Assembly (NCBI GenBank): GCA_003141235.1
Contig: PLLL01000069.1
Coordinates: forward strand, 8,734-56,402
Length of the DNA: 47,669 nt
Direction: 5' to 3'
Source: Dehalococcoidia bacterium
GTDB lineage: Bacteria; Chloroflexota; Dehalococcoidia; Dehalococcoidales; RBG-16-60-22
Notes under the pieces: model-generated
What the model saw: only the letters and a program-made list of their open reading frames with translations
What the model was told of the DNA's origin: nothing
The model's database searches: none
Made by a program: the position numbers and the translations under genes
Shown: positions 28,026 through 37,136 of the stretch, piece after piece
Position numbering within the stretch: position 1 is the first letter of the stretch
Layout: every line of letters begins with the position of its first letter

Positions 28026-29684
28026 GTGAAAAAGGGCCTATTTATTTTAATAGCTACTTTGTTAGTAGCTGTGCTCGCCCTGGGCGCTTGCAGTAAAACG
28101 ACGCCCACCACGACCACCGTTCCTGTTATAACTACCACCACTGCTGCCACCACGACAGTAGTACCCAAACCCACCACAACCACTCCAGCCGTCACGACCA
28201 CACCAGCCGCTACTACCGTAACACCCAAGTACGGCGGAGTGCTGAGGTTAAGCCGCTTCACCAGTGAAGGCCCCAGCGTCGGCGACCCGGCGAAACATGC
28301 AGGCATGAACAGCTACTATGAGGCTACCCCTTGCCTGGAGACATTGCTCCGTGCCGATGCCAGTGGTGCGCTGATACCCTGGCTGGCCACGGGCTGGAAG
28401 GAAGATGTTGCCAACAAGTCGATTACCCTTACCATCAGGCAGGGCGTGAAATTCCATGATGGTACACCGTTCGATGCCGAGGCGGTACGGTGGAACCTGC
28501 AAAACCGGATGGATGCGAAAATGGCGGCCATGAAAATGTTCGCTTCCGTAGCCGCTACGGATAACTACACCGTTGTCATCAAACTCGCCTCGTGGGATAG
28601 CACTATCGAGGGTAACCTGGCTTCCGGTCCCGGCATGATGATATCACCCACTAACTACACCAAGAACGGTGCAGATTATGCTGCCAATAATCCCGTGGGC
28701 ACTGGCCCGTTCGTGTTCAAATCCTGGCAAAAAGGCAGTGTTATAACTTATGACAGAAATCCCAACTACTGGCAGAAAGGGAAACCCTACCTTGACGAGA
28801 TTCAGTGGCAAACCGTCCCCGATATGAATACCAAAGCGATGAGTTTCATGGCGGGTGAACTGGATGTCGTTATGACTATGGACCTGCCCCAGATACAATC
28901 GATTAACGCCGCCGGCTTTACCACGCTGCACCAGGTAATCGGGTCGGGCGCCGATGGCTTCGTTTTCTCCTCGGCTAACGCCAGTTCCCCCTGGTCCAAC
29001 CTTAAAGTTCGCCAGGCGGCGATGTATGCCTTCAATGCCGCTGAATATACTACGGCGCTCTTCGGGAATGAAGCTGCGCCTGCCAACCAGATGGTAGGTG
29101 TGAGCAGCTGGGCCTACAATAAGGACGTAGTCGGCTACCCTTATAACCTGGACAAGGCCAAACAGCTGATGAAGGATGCCGGCTACGCGGACGGTTTTAA
29201 GTCCGTCATCTACGGCAGCCAGGATCCCACGACGAACAAGCGCGCCCTGGCTGTTCAGGCGTACCTGGCCAAGATAGGTATCACCCTGGACGTACAAATC
29301 ATCTCGACTGCACAGCTGATGCAGATGTATAGCCAGGGCGTAGGCTGGGAAGGACTTATCGGTGATTCGCTGGGGCAAAGTACCGATGTGGTAGATACGA
29401 TGAACAGGTACTATGCCGGTGGTGGCCTGATGTTCGCATCCATGGCTACCCCACCCGATTATCTCCAGCTAATCAAGGACGCTGTGGCCGCCCCGGATTT
29501 TGCGACCAAGCAACTTAAGTCCCAGGCATTGATGAAGATGACGACGGATACGTATTGTCTGATAATGACCCAGGATACCCGGTTCGATAACGGTTTTGAA
29601 CAGAAATACATCCGTAACTCCGGTATCTTAAAGAGTGTCAATACTCAGATGTGGACGCCGGAAGACTGCTGGATAGATAAATAA
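28026..29684 (+). CDS. Peptide/nickel-type ABC transporter substrate-binding lipoprotein (family 5)
   Basis: Lipobox LGAC, Thr-rich linker, PKYGG.L, GVKFHDGTPFDAEAV, PVGTGPF, YWQKGKPYLD. Confidence 0.93.
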   Translation: MKKGLFILIATLLVAVLALGACSKTTPTTTTVPVITTTTAATTTVVPKPTTTTPAVTTTPAATTVTPKYGGVLRLSRFTSEGPSVGDPAKHAGMNSYYEATPCLETLLRADASGALIPWLATGWKEDVANKSITLTIRQGVKFHDGTPFDAEAVRWNLQNRMDAKMAAMKMFASVAATDNYTVVIKLASWDSTIEGNLASGPGMMISPTNYTKNGADYAANNPVGTGPFVFKSWQKGSVITYDRNPNYWQKGKPYLDEIQWQTVPDMNTKAMSFMAGELDVVMTMDLPQIQSINAAGFTTLHQVIGSGADGFVFSSANASSPWSNLKVRQAAMYAFNAAEYTTALFGNEAAPANQMVGVSSWAYNKDVVGYPYNLDKAKQLMKDAGYADGFKSVIYGSQDPTTNKRALAVQAYLAKIGITLDVQIISTAQLMQMYSQGVGWEGLIGDSLGQSTDVVDTMNRYYAGGGLMFASMATPPDYLQLIKDAVAAPDFATKQLKSQALMKMTTDTYCLIMTQDTRFDNGFEQKYIRNSGILKSVNTQMWTPEDCWIDK

Positions 29685-29726
29685 AACTGGTTTACTTTAA
29701 GCTTTGCCAGAATTGAAATAGCTTTA

Positions 29727-29770
29727 GGGGAAGCGCCGGTCGCACAGAATAAAGCCGCCGGCGTTTCCCC
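29727..29770 (+). terminator. Stem-loop after the SBP gene (attenuator or mRNA stabiliser)
   Basis: GGGGAAGCGCCGG...CCGGCGTTTCCCC. Confidence 0.6.
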
Positions 29771-29861
29771 GGGGCTTGACATCAGAATATATACCTTAGC
29801 TTGTAGCAGTGGCCTGTTAATTCAGGCAAGACATCAACCAAATTGAAAGGCGGAGACAAGC

Positions 29862-30806
29862 TTGGCAGCTTTTATTATCCGCAGGCTCTTACAGACTGTC
29901 GTCGTCGTTTTTCTGGTTACGCTGATAACTTTTATGCTGCTTCAGTTGGTGCCGGGAGACCCGGTGGTGGCTATGCTCGGCGGACAAGCGACACAGGAGC
30001 AGATTGTCGCCCTACAGAAGGAGCTATGGCTGGACCGGCCGGTGGTAGTGCAATACGTACACTGGCTGACGAACGCTTTACATGGCGACCTGGGCAGATC
30101 CATAATGCTGAATGACAGGGTAACCACCATTATCTTCCAGCGGTTACCTTATACTCTCTATTTATCTTCAATTGCTTTTATCATCAGTCCTATCATCGGT
30201 ATTTTCCTGGGTGCGTGGGGCGCGATAAGACGGGGTAAGTTTGTCGACCCATTCATCAGCCTGTTCGCTAATATAGGTATAGCCGTACCTATATTCTGGC
30301 TGGCTATCCTGGGCGCCTATTTCCTGGGTTTCAAGCTTCACTGGTTGGGCATTCAGGGTTTCGTCTGGCCGACCGAAGACCTGGTGAGGAGTATTAAACT
30401 AACTGTCATGCCCGTCATTTGCCTCGCCATTCCTGCTGTAGCGGTGATGGCACGCCAAACGAGGTCGAGCGTGCTGGAAGTAGTGCGTCAGGACTACGTA
30501 AGAACTGCCATGTCGAAAGGCTTGACAGAACGCACCGTAGTATTTAGACACGTTTTAAAGAATGCCCTTATTCCGGTGGTCACTTTACTGGGCCTTCAGG
30601 TACGGGTGCTTTTCGGCGGCTCGGTGCTTGTCGAGCAGGTGTTCAATATCAACGGTATGGGCAGATTGCTGGTCAGTGCCGGTTTTGGCAAGGATTTCCC
30701 GGTTTTGCAGGCTGAGGTTCTTATCATTGGCCTTGCAGTCAGCATAACCAATCTTCTGGTAGACATCTCTTACGGCTGGCTCGACCCCAGAATAAAGTAT
30801 GAGTGA
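29862..30806 (+). CDS. ABC permease DppB/OppB-like
   Basis: FIIRRLL..PGDP; GDLGRS; RSSVLEV.RQDYVRTA.SKGL; H.LKNALIP; TTG start. Confidence 0.93.
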   Translation: MAAFIIRRLLQTVVVVFLVTLITFMLLQLVPGDPVVAMLGGQATQEQIVALQKELWLDRPVVVQYVHWLTNALHGDLGRSIMLNDRVTTIIFQRLPYTLYLSSIAFIISPIIGIFLGAWGAIRRGKFVDPFISLFANIGIAVPIFWLAILGAYFLGFKLHWLGIQGFVWPTEDLVRSIKLTVMPVICLAIPAVAVMARQTRSSVLEVVRQDYVRTAMSKGLTERTVVFRHVLKNALIPVVTLLGLQVRVLFGGSVLVEQVFNINGMGRLLVSAGFGKDFPVLQAEVLIIGLAVSITNLLVDISYGWLDPRIKYE

Positions 30807-30816
30807 GTAATGGATT

Positions 30817-31713
30817 ATGTCTGAGGTTAAAATCCCTCTAGCAGAACCAGGAACCGCTCCGCAGCACGTCAGCGAGCTTCGCCGTATGGTTAAGGTGATG
30901 TTAAGCCGCTGGATAGTTGTTTTTGGTACGGTTATCATCCTGATATTAATACTCGTTGCTATTTTCGCGCCCTTATTAGCCCCCTATGACCCTAATGAAC
31001 AGCATCTAAGTATTACTCTACAACCTCCTTCAAAGGAGTTCCGTTTGGGCACGGATGACCTCGGAAGAGATTTGCTAAGCCGCATCATCTGGGGCTCGCG
31101 GATATCGATGCTGGTAGGTATTGTAGCGGTAAGCATCGCCGGCGTCTTCGGCATGGGACTGGGACTGATAGCTGGCTATTACGGCAAATGGACTCAGAGC
31201 ATTATCATGAGATTTATCGATGCCCTTATGGCTATCCCGCCCCTCGTGTTAATCCTTGCGATAGCGGCAGTGCTAGGCAGTGGTCTTTTCAACGTACTGT
31301 TGGCTATTGGTGTGGGTTTGATGCCGACCTACTGCCGCCTGATGTGCGGCCAGATACTATCTTTAAAAGAGAATGATTACGTCATTGCTGCCAGGTCGGT
31401 AGGCGCCAGTAATGCGCGTATCATGCTCCGGCATCTTCTTCCCAACTCCTTCCCCCCGCTGCTGGTATTGATTACGCTTAACATGGGTTCGGCTATCCTG
31501 ATGGAGGCGACCTTAAGTTTCCTGGGCATCGGCATCAGTCCGCCCACAGCGACCTGGGGAGCCCTGATCAGCGACGGACAAACTCATATACTTAACAGTC
31601 CTATGCTTTCTTTCCTGCCGGGTATCTGTATATTGCTTGTCGTCCTTTCGTTTAACATGGTAGGTGACGGCCTGAGAGATGCTTTAGACCCCAGGCTGAG
31701 GGGGACATTATAA
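30817..31713 (+). CDS. ABC permease DppC/OppC-like
   Basis: LGTDDLGRDLLSRIIWGSR; DYVIAARSVGA; LSFLGIG; GDGLRDALDPR. Confidence 0.94.
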   Translation: MSEVKIPLAEPGTAPQHVSELRRMVKVMLSRWIVVFGTVIILILILVAIFAPLLAPYDPNEQHLSITLQPPSKEFRLGTDDLGRDLLSRIIWGSRISMLVGIVAVSIAGVFGMGLGLIAGYYGKWTQSIIMRFIDALMAIPPLVLILAIAAVLGSGLFNVLLAIGVGLMPTYCRLMCGQILSLKENDYVIAARSVGASNARIMLRHLLPNSFPPLLVLITLNMGSAILMEATLSFLGIGISPPTATWGALISDGQTHILNSPMLSFLPGICILLVVLSFNMVGDGLRDALDPRLRGTL

Positions 31714-31853
31714 TTAGGTCGATGTAATTCTTGCGGTTAATGCAATAATTCTTTGAACAGGCTTAATCTGTATTACCAGCAAGGTGATATACTTTCACAG
31801 TATTATCATAAAACAGATTCCATTTTCTGAAGGTATCTATTGAAGGAGGTAAA

Positions 31854-33953
31854 GTGACCGGAAAAACCAAGTTTCAAAAGATACTGGAACCTTGTAACCT
31901 GGGGCCGCTGCAGCTTAAAAACCGTATGATAAAAACGGCATCAGGAACAGCCAGCAGTTACGACATGGGCGGCTTCGTAAATAAAAGGCACCTCGCCATG
32001 TATGAAGCCATCGCCAGAGGCGGCGTGGGTCTCATCATCGTAGAAATGGGCGGGATTGACCCTCCCCTGGGCCTGCATAATCGCAATCAGCTGCTTCTCA
32101 ACGATGATGAGCATATTTCCGGCTTCAGCGAATTGACCCAGATTATCCACAAACATGGCTGCTATACATTGCAGCAGTTGTTCCATGCCGGGCCATGGCA
32201 TGACCCCCATTCCGGTTTTCAGCCGATTTCCTCTTCATCCATGATGGCGGATGAAGTACTAGGGCTTATTCCGTCTGAAGTGCCCACGGCGCTATCCGGC
32301 AACCAGTTGCCCCGTGGTATAACCATTCCGGAGATTGAAGACATTGTGGATAAGTTCGCCATGACAGCCGAACGGGCGAAGAAGGCCGGGTTTGACGGCG
32401 TGGAGGTAAATTGCGGCACCGGCCACCTCGTTAATAGTTTTCTATCACGCATCTGGAACAAGCGCGAGGATTCCTATGGCTGCCAGAACATGGAAAACCG
32501 AACCCGGTTTGCGGTTGAAATCATACGCGAAATTAAGAGGCGCCTGGGACAGGATTTCGTGATTTCGGCGCTGGTTAATGTCATGGAACTCGGACACGCC
32601 AAAGGCACGACAATCGGTGAAAGTCAACAGATTGCCCGGATTTTACAGAAGGCCGGCGCTGATTGTATCCATGCCAGAGCCAATGCATATTCCGGCCTGC
32701 CTGAAATTATCAGGGCGGAGCAATATTTCTATCCCGAGCCTCCGAAACCATTAATAAAAGAGCTCGATTGGAGGCGTAAAGGGGCAGGGGCGCTTGTCCC
32801 CTTAGCGGCCGCCATTAAAGAAGTAGTCTCGATACCGGTTATTACCGTAGGCAGACTCGACCCGGTCATCGGGGAAGAGGTTCTACGTCAGGGCAAGGCA
32901 GATTTGATTGGTATGACCAGGCGTCTGCTGGCGGACCCGGAGCTCCCGAATAAAGTAGCTTCCGGTAAAATGGAGGAAATACGCCCGTGCACCGCCTGCC
33001 TGTTTTGCACTTCACGGATACGCACTTACCTTCCTATTGCCTGCCAGGTGAACGCCGCTTTAGGTAACGAAGCGGACTACATCATCAAACCGGCGGAGAA
33101 AAAGAAAAGAGTACTGGTAATCGGCAGCGGCCCGGCCGGCATGGAGGCGGCCAGAGTGTCCGCGATTAAAGGGCACGACGTAATACTTTATGAAAAAGGG
33201 CATAGATTGGGGGGCCTGATGCCCTTGGCTTCACTGGTAAAAGGGCATGAAGGTGAATTTTTAATGGAATTTGTTCACTATCTTGAGAGCCAGATTATCA
33301 AGCTGGGTGTGGATATCAGGATGGGGAAAGAACTTAATCTCAAAATAATCGAGGAACTTAAGCCGGATGCCGTCATCGTGGCGGCGGGCGGTATTCCCAC
33401 CGTTCCGGATATACCCGGAATTAATCGCCGCAATGTGGTCAGCGTTCCCAAACTGCACCGCATGCTCAAGTTTTATTTAAGGTTCCTCAGCCCGATGTTT
33501 CTGGGGCAGCTCACAAAACTCTGGATGCCCATCGGTAAAAAGGTGGTTATTATCGGCGGCGGCTTGCAAGGCTGCGAGCTGGCCGAATTCCTGGTCAAAC
33601 ACGGCAGAAAGGTAACCATCGTTGAATCAGCCGAGACTCTGGGCAATGGAGTCCCCGAGCGCAAGCGGCACCCTCTTTTCCGGTGGTTGAATAAAAAGGG
33701 AGTGACCATGATGGCCGGAGTGAAATACGAGGAGATAACAGCAAAAGGGCTGACCATCGTTACAAAAGAAGGCGAGAGGCAGACTATTGAAGCGGATACC
33801 ATAGTGCCGGCGGAGCCGTTACTGCCAAACCCCGGGCTTCTTGAAACTCTTAAAGGTAAAGTCGCCGAGGTCTATCTCATCGGAGATTGTGCTGAGCCCA
33901 AGGTAATAATCGATGCCGTGGCGGCCGGTTACCGCGTGGCCAATTCTCTTTAA
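31854..33953 (+). CDS. NADH:flavin oxidoreductase (Old Yellow Enzyme/2,4-dienoyl-CoA reductase-like, FMN + 4Fe-4S + FAD)
   Basis: LKNRM, ARGGVGLII, AKKAGFDGVEV, N.R.D.YG...ENR.RF, CTACLFC..C.VN, VIGSGPAGMEAA, IIGGG. Confidence 0.92.
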   Translation: MTGKTKFQKILEPCNLGPLQLKNRMIKTASGTASSYDMGGFVNKRHLAMYEAIARGGVGLIIVEMGGIDPPLGLHNRNQLLLNDDEHISGFSELTQIIHKHGCYTLQQLFHAGPWHDPHSGFQPISSSSMMADEVLGLIPSEVPTALSGNQLPRGITIPEIEDIVDKFAMTAERAKKAGFDGVEVNCGTGHLVNSFLSRIWNKREDSYGCQNMENRTRFAVEIIREIKRRLGQDFVISALVNVMELGHAKGTTIGESQQIARILQKAGADCIHARANAYSGLPEIIRAEQYFYPEPPKPLIKELDWRRKGAGALVPLAAAIKEVVSIPVITVGRLDPVIGEEVLRQGKADLIGMTRRLLADPELPNKVASGKMEEIRPCTACLFCTSRIRTYLPIACQVNAALGNEADYIIKPAEKKKRVLVIGSGPAGMEAARVSAIKGHDVILYEKGHRLGGLMPLASLVKGHEGEFLMEFVHYLESQIIKLGVDIRMGKELNLKIIEELKPDAVIVAAGGIPTVPDIPGINRRNVVSVPKLHRMLKFYLRFLSPMFLGQLTKLWMPIGKKVVIIGGGLQGCELAEFLVKHGRKVTIVESAETLGNGVPERKRHPLFRWLNKKGVTMMAGVKYEEITAKGLTIVTKEGERQTIEADTIVPAEPLLPNPGLLETLKGKVAEVYLIGDCAEPKVIIDAVAAGYRVANSL

Positions 33954-33987
33954 ATTACAACGGCACATTAAAATAAATAAAAAAATC

Positions 33988-34051
33988 GATAGTCAATATA
34001 GACAGTCAATATAGAATGCTCTTTGACATCCAAGGGTGTGTATTATACAAT
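33988..34051 (+). promoter_or_regulatory. Sigma70 promoter with upstream 13-bp tandem repeat
   Basis: GA(T/C)AGTCAATATA x2 at 33988-34013; TTGACA (34023-34028)-N17-TACAAT (34046-34051). Confidence 0.65.
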
Positions 34052-34129
34052 TTGTGAACTTGTTCTCAGATGAAATTTTGAAAGGACTTTCTCCACCACT
34101 TCAGAATCCCGGAACATTTTAGAAGATAA

Positions 34130-34774
34130 ATGCAGACATTTATTATTGAAAACCCGTAGGGCAGAAGACCACGCACTTGTGCGTGGATGAATGAAAGCCA
34201 AACGAGCGAAAGCTCGAAACGTTAAAGAACCACGCGCTTGCGCGTGGGTATCTATTAAACGGTTATTACAGAGTGTATTAGTACTTCTTGTACTTACCTT
34301 CCTCGTGTTTCTGGTTATCCATTTATTACCTGGTGACCCCCTATTGCTTTACACCGGGCAAAGCAATGCCGCCACTTTATCAACCGAGCAGCTCCATAGT
34401 CTACGGGCGGAGTATGGATTGGATAAACCATTGCTGGTGCAGTATTTTGTCTGGATATATAACGTTCTCCACGGCGACATGGGAAAATCAATCTTCTATA
34501 ACGATAAGGTAAGCACCCTGATTATTCAACGCATGCCGGTGACTATTCATTTGGGGTTAACGGCCATCCTGATAGGCGCTATTGTCGGTATCACTTTCGG
34601 TGTAATTTGCGCTCTAAGGCGCGGCAAATGGATTGACTCATTGTTAACTTTCATTGCCAACATCGGGATAACAGCGCCTGGATTCTGGGTGGGTATTTTG
34701 ATGATTTATCTTTTTCCCTCCAGCTGCATTGGCTGCCTACCAATGGCTATACCTCGCCCTTTCAGGATTTCTGG
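34130..34774 (+). pseudogene. DppB-like ABC permease gene: interrupted by a mini-element, frameshifted, 3'-truncated
   Basis: MQTFII|insert|KRLLQS..PGDP..; one T missing at 34711-34715; the shifted frame continues SLQLHWLPTNGYTSPFQDFW, matching paralogs at 29862 and 44609; similarity ends at about 34774. Confidence 0.85.
34147..34255 (+). mobile_element. Non-autonomous IS200/IS605-type miniature element (109 bp)
   Basis: Subterminal hairpins CCACGCAC-TT-GTGCGTGG (34169-34186) and CCACGCGC-TT-GCGCGTGG (34230-34247); inserted 3' of TTAT, ends in CTAT; removal restores the permease frame exactly. Confidence 0.8.
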
Positions 34775-35573
34775 AAAGAAGGTGATGGTCATCGGCGGCG
34801 GCCCGGCCGGTATGGAAGCCGCGCGGACTCTGGCAGAACGCGGTCATGAAACTTCTCTCTATGAAAAGTCCGATAAACTCGGCGGTCAATGGAAACTGGT
34901 TTCCAACTTTCTGCCTGATGAGGCGAAGCTTATCAACTATCTGTCAACCGGCATGCGGAAAGCCGGCGTAAAAGTCTTCTTGAACCGGGAGGTAACCGCC
35001 GCGATGGTTGAAGAAATGAAACCGGATGTGGCGGTAGTCGCCACCGGGTCTGACCCGGTCCCTCTGCACGTACCGGGGGCTGACGGTAAAAATGTAGTCC
35101 AGGCTACTGGTGTTTTGGCTGGAAACATTGAACTGGGAAATGAGGTAGTGATAATCGGCGGGAGGCTGGTCGGCCTGACGACTGCCCTTTTCCTGGCTGA
35201 ACAGGGTAAGAAGGTCTCAGTAATCACCCGGAATAAAATTGCCCGCGGACTAATGCATAATACCAAAATGGTCTTCCATGAATACCTGTTGAAAAATAAT
35301 GTCCGCCTGTTTCCTAACTGCACGCCGGAAAGTATTACGGAAAACGGCGTTAACTGCTGGTGGGATAGCGGAGAGCCTCCGGAGAAGGATAATATATTCT
35401 TTTTCTTAAAGGCGGATAACGTAGTTTTGGCCGTCGGGGCGGTTAATAATTACCGGCTGGGCGACCTGATTACCGGAATCGTACCCGAGACCTATAAAAT
35501 AGGGGACTGTTCGGGGAAGCGCAGCGTTTTTGCGGCCATGCGCGAAGGCTCGGAAATAGCGCGGAAGATTTAA
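34775..35573 (+). pseudogene. 3' half (FAD/NAD-binding domains) of an OYE-type oxidoreductase, fused in frame to the permease remnant (ORF 34191-35573)
   Basis: KKVMVIGGGPAGMEAA..LA.RGH..LYEK..LGGQ, VATGS, IIGG..G, IGDC; parallels the C-terminal part of 31854-33953; TIM barrel and Fe-S motif absent. Confidence 0.8.
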
Positions 35574-36460
35574 CCGGAAGTCGGAATGAGTGGACTGTAT
35601 AACCCGCATCTCAGTATCAAATAACGCATGGACAGGTCACCGAGCAATCCGAAAATGATGGCCGCATAAAGTATAACCAGCGGGCTTGCTTCAAGACCAA
35701 CTATGAAGCTGTAAATTACTACCGTCATTGGCACGACCATGCCCAGAATAACCACCACGATCCAGAATAAAAGCGACCATTTTCTCAGAACCATATATTT
35801 TACCGATGCCTTACCGGCTTGAGATGTATACCTTACACTAATTAGATACACGGGGATGAGCAGAACGAAGCCTATCAGCAAGATACGGATAGCTTCCTCT
35901 ACCGGTATTCCGGCTACTATCTTGCCTTGAGTTAAATAGATGCCTAAAGTTAATTCGGCCCCTCCCCAGAGTCCGCTGACGACATACAGTATGGGCAGCA
36001 GCGCCGTGTTCCATAGCGGAATCCCGTTGACAGTATTCATGGCAAACCCGCCGTAGATTACCGTCAGGAAGGCGAATATATTTGTTGCTATCAATAAAAA
36101 AGTGAGTGGATTCGACCAGAGGGTTAAGCCCATATGCGCTAATCCTGAAGCGAGGAAAAGAATGACGAAAATTAACCCACGGGAAATCCAGGAGGTCTTC
36201 CAGCCTGATGAAAATACCATCCGCCAGAACCTCAAAGGTTTACCCAGGAAGATAAGGTGGAATCCGCCGCCTAACAAAGCGCAGATGAGCCAGCCAACCA
36301 GCATCCCTGGTAAACTGCCGAAGATAGAAGAGACCATGAATGTTCCTGCCCCCAACTCAATAAAAAAGAAGGCGAACCAGAGCAGCGCCCCTCTCTTTTC
36401 TATCCACTCCCTTTGGGGGGTATAGCTGGCCATAAACTCATAGGGTCTGGTCTGGATCAT
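35570..36460 (-). CDS. NrfD/PsrC-family membrane anchor subunit
   Basis: PQREW, H.IFLGKPLRFWR, SWISRG, GIPLWN..LLP, RY.IL..G; about 8 TM helices. Confidence 0.88.
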   Translation of the reverse strand: MIQTRPYEFMASYTPQREWIEKRGALLWFAFFFIELGAGTFMVSSIFGSLPGMLVGWLICALLGGGFHLIFLGKPLRFWRMVFSSGWKTSWISRGLIFVILFLASGLAHMGLTLWSNPLTFLLIATNIFAFLTVIYGGFAMNTVNGIPLWNTALLPILYVVSGLWGGAELTLGIYLTQGKIVAGIPVEEAIRILLIGFVLLIPVYLISVRYTSQAGKASVKYMVLRKWSLLFWIVVVILGMVVPMTVVIYSFIVGLEASPLVILYAAIIFGLLGDLSMRYLILRCGLYSPLIPTSG

Positions 36461-36488
36461 TTATTCCGCCTTTGCTAACTGGTATTTT

Positions 36489-37136
36489 TCATCCCATAAC
36501 GTAATATATGGAGGTATCGGTACCATATTCCGGATGGAATTGTACAGCTCGCCATTTCCTGATAAGTATTGAAATCTCACTATCAGGGTCATCCAGGTCT
36601 CCGAAGTATCTTGCCTTGGCCGGGCAAATATTAACACAGGCGGGAGTCGCTTCCCGGTCGATACCCGGTTTCAGTCCCAGCGCCATTCCGGCGTCAATTC
36701 TTTCCATGCAAAAATTGCATTTTAAGACCGTACCGATTTGATGAGGATACAGCTTTTTACCCAGTTTCTCAAACTCGGTCAGACCCTGACCGGGATAATA
36801 TTCTAACTCTTTGGAGTAGTAGGTACGAACCTGAAAAGGACAGGCTACCAGGCAGTAGCGGCAGCCAACGCACTTATTACTGTCAATCCAGACAATCCCA
36901 TCCTCACGCCTTTGCGTAGCCCTGGTCGGGCAAGCATCAACACACTTTGCTTCCTTACAGTGATTGCATAATACCGGATAGACATGCTTGGTAGCTCTGG
37001 GATACACGCCTGTTTCTGAAAACAGCAGCCTCCCCCACAAAACGCCCGGCGGTAAAAAGTGCTCCTGCTCGCACTTGACGGCACAGCTATTACAGCCGAC
37101 GCACTTTTCCAGGTTAATCAGCATACCCCATCTCAT
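36489..37136 (-). CDS. 4Fe-4S electron-transfer subunit of a DMSO-reductase-family complex (PadC/DmsB-like)
   Basis: CVGCNSC..KC, CNHC...CVDACP, CVGCRYCLVACP, KCNFC..R...PACVNICP, FGDLDDPDS. Confidence 0.93.
   Translation of the reverse strand: MRWGMLINLEKCVGCNSCAVKCEQEHFLPPGVLWGRLLFSETGVYPRATKHVYPVLCNHCKEAKCVDACPTRATQRREDGIVWIDSNKCVGCRYCLVACPFQVRTYYSKELEYYPGQGLTEFEKLGKKLYPHQIGTVLKCNFCMERIDAGMALGLKPGIDREATPACVNICPAKARYFGDLDDPDSEISILIRKWRAVQFHPEYGTDTSIYYVMG

Noticed and set aside
34144-34256. Reading the mini-element as a DDE-type MITE with a TATT target duplication, or as a minus-strand element (TTTAA target, TTCAA end)
   Set aside because: Terminal inverted repeats are poor (GAAAACCC vs GATACCC). 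Hairpin spacing and both guide/target matches favour the plus-strand 34147-34255 boundaries; the microhomology makes the alternatives formally possible but less consistent.
34191-35573. Treating the 460-aa ORF as an ordinary gene
   Set aside because: It is demonstrably a mosaic of an insertion, a frameshifted permease and an oxidoreductase fragment.
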